Assembly: GCA_963422375.2 (NCBI GenBank)
Contig: OY729428.2
Span: forward strand, 3,328,001-3,392,000
DNA: 64,000 nucleotides
From: Bryobacterales bacterium
Lineage (GTDB): Bacteria > Acidobacteriota > Terriglobia > Bryobacterales > UBA6623
Direction: 5' to 3'
A program made the translations under genes and the position numbers. This document shows positions 19,360 to 31,138 of the stretch, piece by piece (positions within the stretch are counted from its first letter, which is position 1; each line of letters opens with the position of its first letter). The notes under the pieces are model-generated. The model had not been told where the DNA came from and did not search any database. It was given only the letters and a program-made list of their open reading frames with translations.

Positions 19360-21144
19360 CTACCAGCCGACCTTGCGCCCCTCGTTCTGCTCTTCCAGAT
19401 ACGCCACCAGCGGCTGGAAGTACTCCAGCATGGCCCGGGTCGACACCTCGCTGCCGGTCTTTTCGACCATGACCTCGCGCCAGTCGCGCGTCGCCCCTAG
19501 ACTCAGCAGGTCCCACAGGAAGGTCCCGACCTCCTCGTTGCCGTAGTAGTTGCAGTCGCGCGGATCCTGCTCGAGGATGTTGCGAGCGATGTAGGTGTGC
19601 AGCTGGTACTTGATGACGAACGCCATGGCGTAGTCGTAGTACTGGGCCGGGTCGTCGGTAATGTGCGTCTTGGTGCAGGCGTCGCAGAACTCCTCGCCGC
19701 GCGGGTCGGGAGGCCTAATCCCCTGGAACCGCCCCGCGTGCTCCCACCAGCGCCTGTTGAACTCTCCCACCGGCAGGTCGCCCTCGTACAGGTCGCGCTC
19801 GAAGAAGGACATCGTCCCGGCCGAGAAGGGGATGAACACGACCGCCTGGTCCAGCGCCTCGTCAAGCAGCCACGCGATCTCGTCGATTTCCTCGCCTTCG
19901 TCCAAGAGGCCGATCTCCCTCAGGTAGGCCGGCTGCCGGGACGCGATTCCGATCAGGTCGCCGACGGCTTCGTGGAAGGCGCGGTTGGCTCCGCCTCGCA
20001 GGTTGAGCGGGACGTCCGCCCCGCTGTAGGCGAGGTAGTAGTAGATGTGGCCCAGTTCGTGGTGCGAGGTCTCGAACCAGCGCCAGTTGTTCTCCACGCT
20101 CATCAGCGAGCGCACGTCGTCCTGCAGGTCCATGTGCCAGGCGGAAGCGTGGGTGTTCTTCTTGCGCTCGGCTCCCGGCGGCAGGGGGTACAGATCCGAC
20201 TTCTCGTAGAACGACCGGGGCAGGGCGGGAAGACCCATGGACCGGTAGAAGGCCTCGGCCTGCTCGACGATCCATTCGGGGTCCTTGCCCGCCACCAGGC
20301 TGTCGAGGTCGATCCCGCGGCTCAGCCCGGGCCAGGCCTGGGCCCAGCGGTTGCCGATCCAGTGCGCGGGGATCAGGTCCGGCGGCTCGGCGCCGTAGCG
20401 CGCCGCCAGCTCGTACTTGGTCCAAGCGTGGAGCTGCTCGTAGAGCGGGCGAAGATCCGCGTTGAACCGCTCCATCATGGCCATCATCTCGGCGACGGTC
20501 ATGCCGTAGTCGGCCACTTGGAGCGCGAAGAATGAGTCGTAGCCCATCTCCCGGGCGACCTGGTTACGCAGATCGCGGAGCCTGCCGATGCCTTCCTTGA
20601 GGGCGGGGCCGGTCTGCTTGGAGACATTCCAGATCCTGCGCCGCTCCGCCTCGTCCCGCGAGGTCACCAGGATCTCGTCGATCTGATTGGGCGTCACGAC
20701 CTTGCGGCAGTCGCCGGGCGCGCCCTCGGCGCAGAATTCGAACGCGTCCAGGACCGCGCTCTGCTCGGCCTCCGCGGCCACGCGCGCCGCGACGACCTCG
20801 GGCATCGTGCCGGGGTACTCCGCGGCGGACAGGAGCACGCTGCGAAGCTGCCGCACCGTGATGTCGTCAAGCCGGCCCTGCTCGTCGAGCAGGCCCTTGA
20901 CGGTGTCGATGACCCAGGGGCTGCCGCCGAAAGAGGCCATGGCCTTCTCCGCGCCGATGCGCTCGCCCACGTGCAGCTGGGTCACGTCAGTCGCCGCCTT
21001 CCAGTGCGCCTCGGCCGTGGTCGCGTAGATCTTCTGTCCGATGCTGTCGTAGGCGGCGAGAAAGTCGTCGGCTCGCTCCTGCGCGCTGCGCCCGCAGCCA
21101 GCCGCGAGCGTCAGAGCGGCGACGGGAATTGCGAGAACCTTCAT
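19360..21144 (-). CDS. M2-family metallopeptidase (peptidyl-dipeptidase A / ACE-like), lipoprotein
   Basis: LAAGC lipobox, [26 protein letters not shown]. Confidence 0.9.
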   Translation of the reverse strand: MKVLAIPVAALTLAAGCGRSAQERADDFLAAYDSIGQKIYATTAEAHWKAATDVTQLHVGERIGAEKAMASFGGSPWVIDTVKGLLDEQGRLDDITVRQLRSVLLSAAEYPGTMPEVVAARVAAEAEQSAVLDAFEFCAEGAPGDCRKVVTPNQIDEILVTSRDEAERRRIWNVSKQTGPALKEGIGRLRDLRNQVAREMGYDSFFALQVADYGMTVAEMMAMMERFNADLRPLYEQLHAWTKYELAARYGAEPPDLIPAHWIGNRWAQAWPGLSRGIDLDSLVAGKDPEWIVEQAEAFYRSMGLPALPRSFYEKSDLYPLPPGAERKKNTHASAWHMDLQDDVRSLMSVENNWRWFETSHHELGHIYYYLAYSGADVPLNLRGGANRAFHEAVGDLIGIASRQPAYLREIGLLDEGEEIDEIAWLLDEALDQAVVFIPFSAGTMSFFERDLYEGDLPVGEFNRRWWEHAGRFQGIRPPDPRGEEFCDACTKTHITDDPAQYYDYAMAFVIKYQLHTYIARNILEQDPRDCNYYGNEEVGTFLWDLLSLGATRDWREVMVEKTGSEVSTRAMLEYFQPLVAYLEEQNEGRKVGW

Positions 21145-21470
21145 AGCTGGTATTCTGACACCGCGGGCGGCGCGTACCGAGACGTACGGGCAGCGAGGCG
21201 GGCGGCTGAGCGAACGCGTCCCCCCGCCCCGCGGCGAACAGACCGGCACTCGAAGAGAGTGCCCGCCCGGGCTCGCGCCGAGCGGACGGACCGCGCGTTG
21301 CGCTAGCCAGCCGTGCTTGCGTATCCTGAAAGAGGCCCTCGGCGTCGCGGGAAGCCGCTGCCGGCCCTTGCGGGTTCGGCGCGTCCCGCCCGAGCCGAGG
21401 CCAGCCGTCCTAATCCTCGCAGATGCTTACGGCTCCGGGTCTCGTCCGGAAGCCACGGAGAATCCACATC

Positions 21471-22619
21471 ATGAAGCTCCAATCCGGTCTGGCAGTCGCC
21501 ATGCTGACGTTGCTACTCTCTGGCCTCGGCTGTGTCCCGACCGGCCAAGAGGTCTCCGAAGGGCCTATCCTGCCCGTGGGCGAGACAGTGTCGATCGATC
21601 CCCCGCTGGGACTGCCGCCGGTGGCGATACCCGCCGACAACCCCCCGACGGCGGAGACGATCGCCCTGGGCCGCAAGCTCTACTACGACAAGCGCCTCTC
21701 GATCGACAGCACGATCGCTTGCGCGAGCTGCCACGCGCCTGACGCCGGATTCGCGGATCCGAACCAGTTTTCGGAGGGCGTGGGCGGCAAGAAGGGCGGA
21801 CGGCAGTCTCCCCCGGTCATCAACGCCGCCTACTTCACGACCCAGTTCTGGGACGGTCGCGCGGCGAGCCTCGAAGAGCAGGCCGGCGGTCCGGTCGAGA
21901 ACCCGGTCGAGATGGCATTCACTCACCAAGGCGTGGAGGAGCGCCTCGCGGAGGATCCGGTTTACGTAGAGATGTTCAAGGAAGCGTGGGGGGACGGCCC
22001 CATCGTCTTCGAAATGGTCGCGAAGTCGATCGCCAGCTTCGAGCGAACGGTGCTGGCCGGCAACTCGCCCTTCGACCGCTACCTCTTCGGCGACGAAGAG
22101 GATGCGATGAGCGACGAGGCCATTCGCGGCCTGGAGCTGTTCCGCGATCCGGAGAAAGGCAACTGCGAGGTCTGCCACACCATCAACGAAGAGGAGGGCT
22201 ACGCGCTTTTCACGGACAACAAGTTCCACAATCTGGGCGTGGGAGCCGAGATCGACGGATCGCTGAAGGATATCGGCCGCTTTGAAATCACGCAGGCCGA
22301 CGGGGACCAGGGCGCGTTCAAGACATCGCACCTGCGGAACGCCTCGTCGACCGCGCCGTACATGCATGACGGCCATCTCAAGACACTCAAGGAAGTGCTC
22401 GATTTTTATATCGGCGCGGGCAACTCGAACGACTACCGCGACGAGGAAATCAAGGAGCTCGACCACCTCAGCGCCGAGGAACGGAGCGACCTGATCGCCT
22501 TCATGGAGGCCCTTAGCGGCGATGTCGCCCCGAACACGGGTCCTCCGGACGGCGAGGTCGCGTACCTGGACGTGCCGGCAGCCTCTCTCGAACGCGGCTG
22601 CTTCCGCTCCGAAATCTAG
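21471..22619 (+). CDS. Di-heme cytochrome c peroxidase (CCP/MauG family)
   Basis: LGRKLYYDKRLS, CASCH, QFWDGRA, CEVCH, TAPYMHDG; LGC lipobox. Confidence 0.92.
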   Translation: MKLQSGLAVAMLTLLLSGLGCVPTGQEVSEGPILPVGETVSIDPPLGLPPVAIPADNPPTAETIALGRKLYYDKRLSIDSTIACASCHAPDAGFADPNQFSEGVGGKKGGRQSPPVINAAYFTTQFWDGRAASLEEQAGGPVENPVEMAFTHQGVEERLAEDPVYVEMFKEAWGDGPIVFEMVAKSIASFERTVLAGNSPFDRYLFGDEEDAMSDEAIRGLELFRDPEKGNCEVCHTINEEEGYALFTDNKFHNLGVGAEIDGSLKDIGRFEITQADGDQGAFKTSHLRNASSTAPYMHDGHLKTLKEVLDFYIGAGNSNDYRDEEIKELDHLSAEERSDLIAFMEALSGDVAPNTGPPDGEVAYLDVPAASLERGCFRSEI

Positions 22620-22738
22620 CCCCCGCCGGAGCGGCGGCCCGACCGTCCGCCGTCGCTCCGTCCTCCGCGGACGGTCGCATCGCCGGCGCCACGGCTCGCG
22701 CTCGGATCGACTGGAATCCACTGCACCTTACCTGAATC

Positions 22739-23569
22739 GTGAATCAAGCCTCCCTCGCACTGGCCATCATCCTCGGTTGCGGTTCCGTGGTGTTCTCCAT
22801 GCTCGGCCAAGGGGGCGGGTTGCTCTACACGCCGATCCAGGTGCTCTTCGGCGTGGACTCTCACACGGCAGTCTTCCAGAGCCTCTGGTTCACCGTCCTG
22901 ACCGCGCTGCCCGCCGTGCTGGTGTTTCGGAAGGCGCACCGAGTGGACTGGGCCTTGGCGCTGGCCCTAGAAGGGACCAGCTTCGCAGGGGCGTTCGCCA
23001 GCGGCCATGTCGCCCACCGCTTCCCGCCGCGGGCGCTGGGCTTCGCCCTGGCAGCGCTGGTCTTCGCCGCGGGGGGAACCATGCTGCTGAAGCTGCGGCC
23101 CCGTAGGGAACCCGCGAGGCACTCGCGGCTGGAGTGGCTCCGGGAGCGCGCCGGCCAGCGCTACCGAATCCATCTGGGGAAGGGACTGCCCCTGTCGGGC
23201 CTCATCGGCATCATGTCGGGCCTGACCGGGGCGGCCGGCGGGTTCCTGAAAATCCCGATGCTGGTGCGCCTGTTCGGGGTGCCTGCCAAGGTGGCCTTCG
23301 GCTCGTCCGCGCTCATGGTCAGCCTGACCGCGACTGGCGGGCTATTGGGGCACCTGTCCGCGGGCGCGACGGTCTGGCACGAGCCGCTGCTGCTCAGCGC
23401 CTTCGTTCTCGCCGGATCCCAGATCGGCCCGCGCCTGGCCCTGCGCTCCGAGCCGCGCGCGATCCGCAGGCACTTCGCTGCCTACCTGTTCGGCCTGGCG
23501 TCCCTCGTACTGGTGAGTTCCTTGTTCCTCGCTCCCGACGGCGCGCTCGCGCTTTCCGCGCTGGAGTAG
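22739..23569 (+). CDS. Sulfite exporter TauE/SafE family
   Basis: SMLGQGGGLLYTP and GLTGAAGGFLKIP repeats; hydrophobic. Confidence 0.85.
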   Translation: MNQASLALAIILGCGSVVFSMLGQGGGLLYTPIQVLFGVDSHTAVFQSLWFTVLTALPAVLVFRKAHRVDWALALALEGTSFAGAFASGHVAHRFPPRALGFALAALVFAAGGTMLLKLRPRREPARHSRLEWLRERAGQRYRIHLGKGLPLSGLIGIMSGLTGAAGGFLKIPMLVRLFGVPAKVAFGSSALMVSLTATGGLLGHLSAGATVWHEPLLLSAFVLAGSQIGPRLALRSEPRAIRRHFAAYLFGLASLVLVSSLFLAPDGALALSALE

Positions 23570-23708
23570 GGGTCACGCAGCCGCAAGCGAGCTCGGACAG
23601 CTAGCCGAGCGGCACGGGCGGCAGCGTCAAACGTCCGGGACGGCGAGGGGCGCTCGGCGGCAGCGGCGGAATCGCCTCCGGCTCTGGTAGAATTCGAGCA
23701 AAGCAAAC

Positions 23709-24011
23709 ATGACCGATACGACTTCCGCTGCAGCGGGGAATTCGGAAGACGGGGCGCCGGATCCCAAGAACATGGTGTTGCGGCTGGCCGACGGCACAGC
23801 CGTGAAAAGACGCTTGCTGCGGCAGCGCGCCTGCGACGAGCCAGCCGGCAAGAAGATTTGCGCAGGCCACCTCAAGCGCTGGTACGGCTACGACCAGGAG
23901 CTTGTCGTCAAGTTCGGCCCCGCCCCCGAGATCTATCGCTGCGAGCGCTGCAAGATCCTGTTCATCCCGAACGAGGCGGAAGTCCCCCGCACGGGCACCC
24001 TCGCGTTCTGA
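23709..24011 (+). CDS. Small hypothetical protein, possible Zn-binding (CAGH...CERC)
   Basis: 100-aa ORF with host-like codons ending 4 bp before the mutase gene. Confidence 0.7.
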   Translation: MTDTTSAAAGNSEDGAPDPKNMVLRLADGTAVKRRLLRQRACDEPAGKKICAGHLKRWYGYDQELVVKFGPAPEIYRCERCKILFIPNEAEVPRTGTLAF

Positions 24012-24015
24012 CCCC

Positions 24016-25584
24016 GTGGAACGGCGCACGGGCTCCAACCTCGTGGTCGACAGGGTCTACACCGCCTCCAGCGGGGGTTCCGGCGCGCTGGGCCGCCCCG
24101 GGGAGCGCCCGTTCACTCGCGGCATCCACCCGCGCATGTACCTGGAGCGGGGCTGGACCATGCGCCAGTTCGCCGGTTACGGGACTCCCGCCGAGACCAA
24201 CCGCCGCTTCCGATTCCTGCTCGACCAAGGCCAGACCGGCCTCTCGGTCGCGTTCGACCTGCCCACGTTGATGGGCTACGACAGCGACCACCCGCTGGCG
24301 GAAGGCGAGGTGGGCAAGTGCGGCGTCGCCGTCTCCTCCCTCGCCGACATGGAGGCTCTGTTCGAGGGAATCCCCCTCGGCGAGGTCTCCACGTCCATGA
24401 CCATCACGTCTTCGGCGGCGATCCTGTGGGCGATGTACCTCGTAGTCGCGGAGCGGCAAGGACTCGGCTGGGAGCGTCTCTCGGGCACGATTCAAAACGA
24501 CATCCTCAAGGAGTTCATCGCCCAGAAGGAGTACATCTACCCTCCTCGCCAGTCGATGCGGCTCGTGGCCGACTCCATCGAATTCGCAACCGAGCGCGCG
24601 CCCCGCTTCAACCCGATTTCGATCAGCGGGTATCACATTCGCGAGGCCGGGGCGACCGCGCCGCAGGAGCTGGCCTACACGCTCGGGGCGGGCATCGCGT
24701 ATGTCGAGTGGACGTTGCAGCGCAACTTGGAAGTCGACTCCTTCGCCCCTCGCCTGAGCTTCTTCTTCGACGCTCACAACGACTTCTTCGAGGAGATCGC
24801 CAAGTTCCGGGCCGCCAGACGGATCTGGTGCCGCATCATGGAGGAACGCTTCGCCGCGAAGAACCCCCGGTCGCTCAAGCTCCGATTTCACGCTCAGACG
24901 GCCGGCGTGACGCTGACGGCCCAGCAGCCGCAAGTCAATCTGGTCCGCACGGCCCTGCAGGCGCTCGCGGCCGTCCTCGGCGGCACTCAGTCCCTCCACA
25001 CGAACGCCTTGGACGAGGCCTACGCCCTGCCGACGCCGGAGGCCGCCCTGCTCGCGCTCCGAACGCAGCAGGTCATCGCCTCCGAAACCGGCGTGACGAA
25101 CACGGTCGATCCCTGCGGCGGCAGCTACTTCGTGGAGCGCCTTACGGACGAGCTGGAAGCGAGCTGCTGGGAGGAACTCGACCGGATCGACGCGATGGGC
25201 GGGATGGTCGCCGCCGTCGAGCGCGGCTACCCGCAAGCGGAAATCGCGAAGTCAAGCTACGAATGCCAGCGCCGCATGGAAAGCGGCGAACTGAAGGTCG
25301 TCGGGGTCAACGCCTACGTTGACAGCGCCAGCCCGGCCATCGAAACGCTGACGATCGACGAAGCCGCCCAGCGGCGCCAGGCCGCGAAGCTGGACGACCT
25401 GCGCCGGAGGAGGGACGCCAAGGCGCTCGCAGGGGCGCTGGCGGGAGTGCGGAGGGCTGCATCCGGATCCGCCAACCTGATGCCTCTCATCATCGACGCG
25501 GTGCGCGCGTACGCCACGCTGGGGGAAATCTGCGACGCGCTGCGCGCCGAGTTCGGCGTTTACTCCGAGCACCCCGCGATCTGA
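24016..25584 (+). CDS. Methylmalonyl-CoA mutase family, substrate-binding (large) subunit
   Basis: [46 protein letters not shown]; no B12-binding domain fused. Confidence 0.92.
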   Translation: MERRTGSNLVVDRVYTASSGGSGALGRPGERPFTRGIHPRMYLERGWTMRQFAGYGTPAETNRRFRFLLDQGQTGLSVAFDLPTLMGYDSDHPLAEGEVGKCGVAVSSLADMEALFEGIPLGEVSTSMTITSSAAILWAMYLVVAERQGLGWERLSGTIQNDILKEFIAQKEYIYPPRQSMRLVADSIEFATERAPRFNPISISGYHIREAGATAPQELAYTLGAGIAYVEWTLQRNLEVDSFAPRLSFFFDAHNDFFEEIAKFRAARRIWCRIMEERFAAKNPRSLKLRFHAQTAGVTLTAQQPQVNLVRTALQALAAVLGGTQSLHTNALDEAYALPTPEAALLALRTQQVIASETGVTNTVDPCGGSYFVERLTDELEASCWEELDRIDAMGGMVAAVERGYPQAEIAKSSYECQRRMESGELKVVGVNAYVDSASPAIETLTIDEAAQRRQAAKLDDLRRRRDAKALAGALAGVRRAASGSANLMPLIIDAVRAYATLGEICDALRAEFGVYSEHPAI

Positions 25585-25635
25585 GGCAGGCTGGAGACCG
25601 TCGCGGCAACGGCCCTCGATTCGCCGGGCGCGTGC

Positions 25636-26790
25636 CTACCCGGTCACCGGGCGCATGCGCCCGTCCGGTGCCAGATCGTAGGTTCGGTCGCGCCAGGCGA
25701 CGCGCTTGCCGAAGCATCCGGCGGCCCAAGTCGCGAGGCTGAACGCGTCCTGCACGGGCAGCAGCCACAGGCAGCGCGCGACAAGGGCGTCGCGTAGCAC
25801 GACGCCCCCCATGGCGGCTGCCGTCGCGACGCGAAGCGCAACGCAGGCCGCGGCAAGCCAGCAGGCCCAGTCGGCCGCCCACGTTGCAGCGAGCAGAATC
25901 GGCACCCACGGCAGAGGATTCGCCAGCAGCTCGCCCCAGTAGCCCGCCGGCCGCGACCTGCGCGTGGAGCGTCGCCAACGGATCCGGTGCGCCATGTTCG
26001 CCGCGAAGCGCTGGCTCCCGATCCGGTGCTCGACGACATGCGTTCCGAGGCGCACTTCAAAGCCCGACCGGCGCGCGCGCCTACCGATCTGGAAGTCTTC
26101 GGCCAAGTAGTCGCCCAGATCGTCCCAACCTCCCGCGGCATCCAAGCAGGACCGGCTCACGGCCATGGTGGGACCGACTGCGAAATCCATTTGCAACAGG
26201 AATTGCGCGGCCAGGACGCCGCCCCAGAACTCGGTGTTCATTCCGAGCGCTTCAAGAACGGACCACGGGCCGCCCCCGGGCGCGGCGCGGTAGGGGCAGG
26301 TCACCACGCCGACACCGGGGGCGCGGAATTCGGCCGCCAGGTCCTTCAGAAGCGACGGGCGGGCGCGGATGTCGCTGTCACTGATGACCAGCACGCTTCC
26401 TGTCGCGACCCGTGTCATGGCGGCAAGCGACTGGACCTTGGCGTTGGGCCAATGGGCGTCCGGAACGGCGACCACGCTCGCCTGCACGCCCGGGTAGCGC
26501 CGCGCCAAGGCGCGCGCGACATCCAAGGCAGGGTCTGCCGGGTCTCTGGCCGCGAACAGCAGTTCGTAGTCCGGCCAGTCCAGCTCGAAAAAGCCCCGCA
26601 AGTTCCCCGCGAGGTCCGGCTCGCTCCCCGCGAGCGGCTTGAGCACGCTGAACCGGGGACCGCCGCCCGCTGGCCGTCGCCTCGCGCGACGCCGCGCGAA
26701 TCCGACGGCGGCGGCTAGAACGATCAGGAAGTAGCCGCAACCCGAGGCCACCAACGCCGCGACGAGCGCCGTGACGGCATCGAGGGCCAA
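25636..26790 (-). CDS. hpnI: Hopanoid-associated GT2 glycosyltransferase (ceramide glucosyltransferase-like)
   Basis: SVLKPL.G, NAKV.SL, ISDSDI, VTCPYR, LAEDF..G, RW.RS.RRSRP.GY. Confidence 0.8.
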   Translation of the reverse strand: MALDAVTALVAALVASGCGYFLIVLAAAVGFARRRARRRPAGGGPRFSVLKPLAGSEPDLAGNLRGFFELDWPDYELLFAARDPADPALDVARALARRYPGVQASVVAVPDAHWPNAKVQSLAAMTRVATGSVLVISDSDIRARPSLLKDLAAEFRAPGVGVVTCPYRAAPGGGPWSVLEALGMNTEFWGGVLAAQFLLQMDFAVGPTMAVSRSCLDAAGGWDDLGDYLAEDFQIGRRARRSGFEVRLGTHVVEHRIGSQRFAANMAHRIRWRRSTRRSRPAGYWGELLANPLPWVPILLAATWAADWACWLAAACVALRVATAAAMGGVVLRDALVARCLWLLPVQDAFSLATWAAGCFGKRVAWRDRTYDLAPDGRMRPVTG

Positions 26791-26795
26791 CGCGC

Positions 26796-27548
26796 CTACC
26801 GGACGAGCTCGTCCTTCTCGATCTTGCCGTCGCGCAATTGCACGATGCGGCGAGCGTGCTCGGCGATGTCCGGCTCGTGCGTCACCAGGATGATCGTGTT
26901 GCCCTGCCTGTGCAGCACGTCGATCACGCCCATGATTTCCATCGAGGTGGCCGTGTCCAGGTTTCCGGTCGGCTCGTCCGCCAGGATGATCGATGGGTTC
27001 CCGACAAGAGCGCGCGCGATCGCCACGCGCTGGCGCTGCCCGCCCGAGAGTTCGGCAGGCTTATGGTACATGCGCTCGGTCAGATCGACCTGCTGCAGCG
27101 CGTGCTGGGCCCGCTCAATCCGCTTCGAGGGAGCCTCTCCGGCATAGACCAGCGGCAGTTCGACGTTCTGCAGCGCCGTCAGGCGGGGCAGGAGGTTGAA
27201 CGTCTGGAAGACGAACCCGATCTCGCGGTTGCGAATATAGGCCAGCTCGTCGTCGGTCATCTCGCTGATCAGCTGTCCGGCGATGTAGTATTCGCCCGCT
27301 GTCGGCGTGTCGAGCGCCCCGATCAGGTTCATGAACGTCGACTTGCCGGAACCCGACGGCCCCATCAAGGCCACGTACTCTCCGTAGCGGATCTCCATGT
27401 CCACGCCGTTCACGGCGTGGATTTCCTGGTCGCCCATTACGTACGTCTTGCGCAGGCCGTACGTCTGGATCACGATGTTGTCCGCAACCAGCTGCCTGCC
27501 AATCGAATCCTTGTGCTGAGCTGCCGCCGCTGCCGCCATGACCCTCAA
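26796..27548 (-). CDS. ABC transporter ATP-binding protein (MacB/LolD-like)
   Basis: [35 protein letters not shown]. Confidence 0.93.
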   Translation of the reverse strand: MRVMAAAAAAQHKDSIGRQLVADNIVIQTYGLRKTYVMGDQEIHAVNGVDMEIRYGEYVALMGPSGSGKSTFMNLIGALDTPTAGEYYIAGQLISEMTDDELAYIRNREIGFVFQTFNLLPRLTALQNVELPLVYAGEAPSKRIERAQHALQQVDLTERMYHKPAELSGGQRQRVAIARALVGNPSIILADEPTGNLDTATSMEIMGVIDVLHRQGNTIILVTHEPDIAEHARRIVQLRDGKIEKDELVR

Positions 27549-27586
27549 ACCATTCTAGGCGCGTGCCGTCCGATACTAGTTACCCG

Positions 27587-28513
27587 TTACTCCCGCATCA
27601 GCACGTCCACGCGGCACCGGTCGCCGGGCCGCGTGCTCGCCAGCGGCGACGCCAGCACCAGCGTCTCGTCGGATATCTCGAAGAGCAGCGGGCCGGGCAC
27701 GCCGCAGGCCGACCGCACGGACACGATTCCGTGCAGTCCCTCGACAGCGGCCCGCAGCAGCGGCTTGGCCGCACGAGAGATCGTGGCAAGCAGCGTACCG
27801 CGGGCGGCCTGGTCGCCCGCCCGAACATGAATCTCGCGGACGGTCCCGTCCCACGGGCTCGACACGACGAAAGTATTCGGGAGCCGAGCGAGCCGCTCGC
27901 TGAGCCGCTCGGCCCGCCGAAGTCGCGGGTCCGCCTTCGGGGCGGCGCTGGCGGCCGCGCCTGAAACGTTCTCGCTCGCGCTGGCTCGCGCCTCCTGCAG
28001 GCGCCGCCCGAGCGCGGCGAATTCCCGCTCCTCGCGCTCGAAGTCCACGCGCGCGACCAGCCCGCCCTCGTGCAGTTCCCGCCAGCGCTCGAAATCCTTC
28101 CGGGCCAGGTCATAGGACTCCTCGACCTGGCGCAGCGCGGCGAGCCTCAGATTCCGGCCGGCGTCCGCCGCGCCGATTCTCCGATCGGCGGGAGGGCGGG
28201 CGGCGGAGGCTCGCAGCCCGGCAATCTCGCCCCGCAAGTGCGCCCTCGATTCCATCAGGGCCGTGTCCTCGAACTCGAGCAGCGGATCCTCTAGGGAGAC
28301 GGCGACTCCGGGGGCGGCGCGGAGGGCCGAGACCTTCCCGGGCCGCCTGGAGCGAACCTCGCCGACGACGGTCGCCACGGCCTCTGCCGAGATCGTCGCC
28401 TGCCGCAGCGGAACGGCCGGCGGCGGAAGTGGCGGGCCGACAAGCGCTCGGAGCCAGAGCGCCAGGCCCGCGCACGCTCCCGCGAAGACCGCGACTGCGA
28501 CGCGAGCCGTCAT
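27587..28513 (-). CDS. HlyD-like membrane-fusion/adaptor protein (divergent)
   Basis: N-terminal TM, lipoyl half-motifs (VRSRRPGKV; VSSPWDGTVREI.VRAGD), coiled coil. Confidence 0.65.
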   Translation of the reverse strand: MTARVAVAVFAGACAGLALWLRALVGPPLPPPAVPLRQATISAEAVATVVGEVRSRRPGKVSALRAAPGVAVSLEDPLLEFEDTALMESRAHLRGEIAGLRASAARPPADRRIGAADAGRNLRLAALRQVEESYDLARKDFERWRELHEGGLVARVDFEREEREFAALGRRLQEARASASENVSGAAASAAPKADPRLRRAERLSERLARLPNTFVVSSPWDGTVREIHVRAGDQAARGTLLATISRAAKPLLRAAVEGLHGIVSVRSACGVPGPLLFEISDETLVLASPLASTRPGDRCRVDVLMRE

Positions 28514-28529
28514 GGCACCCCTTGGCGAG

Positions 28530-29981
28530 CTAGCTGATCTTCAGCTCGTTCCATATCGGATCCACCCGCCTCTTGATGTCCTCGTCCATCGCGAGAACCT
28601 CCGGCCAGGGACGGGAGAAGCCCTCGCTGCGCCATTTCCGGGTCGCGTCGATACCCATCTTCGAGCCGTAGTCCGGCAGGCGGCTGGCATGGTCCAAGGA
28701 GTCGACCGGCCCCATGGTGAACTGGATGTCTCGCTCCGGGTCGATGTTGTTCAGCACGCGCCAGGCCGTTTCCGCCGGGTTCTGCACGTTTACGTCGTCG
28801 TCGACCACGACGATGCACTTCGTCGCCGAGGCCTGCCCCAGGCCCCAGATGGCATTCATCACCTTGCGCGCCTGGCCGGGATAGGACTTGCGGATCGAGA
28901 CGAGCATCAGGTTGTGGAAGATGCCTTCCGCCGGCATGCACACATCGACGATCTCCGGCGCTTGCAGCTTCATCAGCGGAAGGAACATCCGCTCGATCGC
29001 CTTGCCCATGTAGTAGTCCTCCATGGGCGGGGGGCCCACGATGGTCGTGGCGTAGATCGGATCCTTCCGCTGCGTGACGCAGTCCACATGGAAAACGGGG
29101 TAGTCGTCCTCGAGGGAGTAGTACCCCGTGTGGTCTCCGAACGGCCCCTCGGTTCGGAGCTCGCCGAGGTTGACGTGGCCCTCCAGCACGATCTCGGCGT
29201 TGGCCGGCACTTCCAAGTCGACTGTCTTGCAGCGCACCATCTCCACGGGCTGCTTGCGGATGAAACCGGCGAACAGCATCTCGTCGAGGTCAGGCGGAAG
29301 AGGCAGGATGCCCGAGTACATCGTCGCGGGATCTGAGCCAATCGCCACGGCAACCTCCATGCGGGTACCCTTCCCCTCCCTCTGCATCCGGCGGTAATGC
29401 TCCGCTCCCTGCTTGTGCGTTTGCCAGTGCATGCCGGTCGTGCGGTCGTCATAGACCTGCAGGCGGTAGGTCCCGCAGTTCCTCTTGCCGGTGACCGGGT
29501 TGCGGGAGAAGACCAGCGGAAGCGTGATGAAGGGCCCGCCGTCGCCCGGCCAGCAGGTGAGCACCGGATAGTCGTGCAGCGAGAATCCGTCTGTCCTGAC
29601 GACCTGCTGGCAGGCTCCGGAGCGCACGGTCCGGGGCACGAAGTTCCGCACCTCGGCCAGCTTGGCGAGGCCCTTCAGCTTGCCGGCGACGCCGGCGGGC
29701 ACGCCTAAGTCCAGAAACTCCGAGATGCGCGCCGCCACGTCGTCGAGCTCCCGGACCTGAAACGCGATGCGCATCTTGGACATCGAGGCGTACGAGTTGA
29801 TCAGAACGGGGATGCTCGAGCCCTTGGGGTTCTCGAAGAGCAGGGCCGGCCCGCCACTCTTCACGGCGCGGTCGGCGAGTTCCGCGATCTCAAGCCGGGG
29901 ATCCACCTCCGCTCGGACGCGCCTGAGCTCGCCGTGAGTCTCGAGGGCGGCGATGAAGTCCCGGATATCGCGGTATGCCAT
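28530..29981 (-). CDS. UbiD-family (menaquinone biosynthesis) decarboxylase
   Basis: YRDIRDFI..LE..GEL, CWPGDGGPFIT, EGPFGDHTGYY, GSKMGIDATRK. Confidence 0.92.
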   Translation of the reverse strand: MAYRDIRDFIAALETHGELRRVRAEVDPRLEIAELADRAVKSGGPALLFENPKGSSIPVLINSYASMSKMRIAFQVRELDDVAARISEFLDLGVPAGVAGKLKGLAKLAEVRNFVPRTVRSGACQQVVRTDGFSLHDYPVLTCWPGDGGPFITLPLVFSRNPVTGKRNCGTYRLQVYDDRTTGMHWQTHKQGAEHYRRMQREGKGTRMEVAVAIGSDPATMYSGILPLPPDLDEMLFAGFIRKQPVEMVRCKTVDLEVPANAEIVLEGHVNLGELRTEGPFGDHTGYYSLEDDYPVFHVDCVTQRKDPIYATTIVGPPPMEDYYMGKAIERMFLPLMKLQAPEIVDVCMPAEGIFHNLMLVSIRKSYPGQARKVMNAIWGLGQASATKCIVVVDDDVNVQNPAETAWRVLNNIDPERDIQFTMGPVDSLDHASRLPDYGSKMGIDATRKWRSEGFSRPWPEVLAMDEDIKRRVDPIWNELKIS

Positions 29982-31138
29982 GTCACATTCGCACGGCCAG
30001 CCGCGCGACAGCTCCAAGAGGCTATCCTAACCGGCCGCCTCCGCCGGCCCGCCGACACGGATGCGGCCCACGGGCCCGGCACGGTCGCCCCGGGATGTCG
30101 CAGCACGGGCGAGGTCTCGGGGCTCGGCCAAACCGAGGCATCCCGCAACACGCAAGGCGCTCGCGCAAGTGTCCCAGCCGAGTGCCGCCACGACCCGCTT
30201 CAAGCGGGCCTGCGGATTGTTCCCGAGGTGGTCTTATCTCACCAGCCCAGCGAAGGCCAGGATCCGACAATGCCTTTGGACGCGGCGCGATTCGTGCCGC
30301 GTCGGCGGAACGCAATCGAGATGCATGGAGGAAGGGGGAACGGAGTAGCAGCGGCGTAGACCAATCACCACCTGCGAGCCGAGGGCACCTCGAGAGGAAC
30401 GCACTTGGTGCCCGAGCCGTCCTACGGCTCAGCTGATAGGACGGACTACGGCAATTCCGGGAACTCCCCAGCGCCGCGTCACTCTGCGAACCGGGCAGAT
30501 TCGCTCGCGACGGGCTGAGTCGACAGCGTCGACTCGATCTCTCTGCTGAGTGCGCCCTATGCTAGTATGATTTGCTAGTATGATTGCGGGGCTTCGCCGA
30601 GTGTTCCTTCGCTACCCGCTCCAAAGCGCGGACGACAGCCTGCCATTGATGCCTGAAGCGTGCGAGTTCGACGTAGACTAGCCTCAAGAAACGTCGAATG
30701 CGCGGGCACCGATGCGTTATAAGTCGTCGTCTAAGAAATTTCTTGACACATCTATGAAATGGCGGTTCTTGTCGCTTTTTGACGACAATTCAAACGCTTG
30801 GAAGGAGGAGAATGTTTGCCAAGTAGAGGCGCTATCTGAGGTGTACAAATGGTCTCGTCCAAAGGAGTTTGTTGAGTCCATCGCCAATCGAAATTCAACC
30901 GGATTAGTTCTAGTGTCGTAACTTTGGTCTTGATTAAATTCGGACAGGCGGATGGGAAGAGACGGAGAGGCTAGCAGTTAAGGATCAAGCGCCAGTCGGG
31001 ATGGAGAAGTCTTACGAAGATTTCGTATGCGGCGAGGAAGCGTTGGTTGCACGCGTCGATCTTGGATCCGGAAAAAGAGGACTCAGTTGGCTCCGCGGTC
31101 GCAGGTGTCGCGGAAGCACTCGCCTTGGCTAGCAATCC

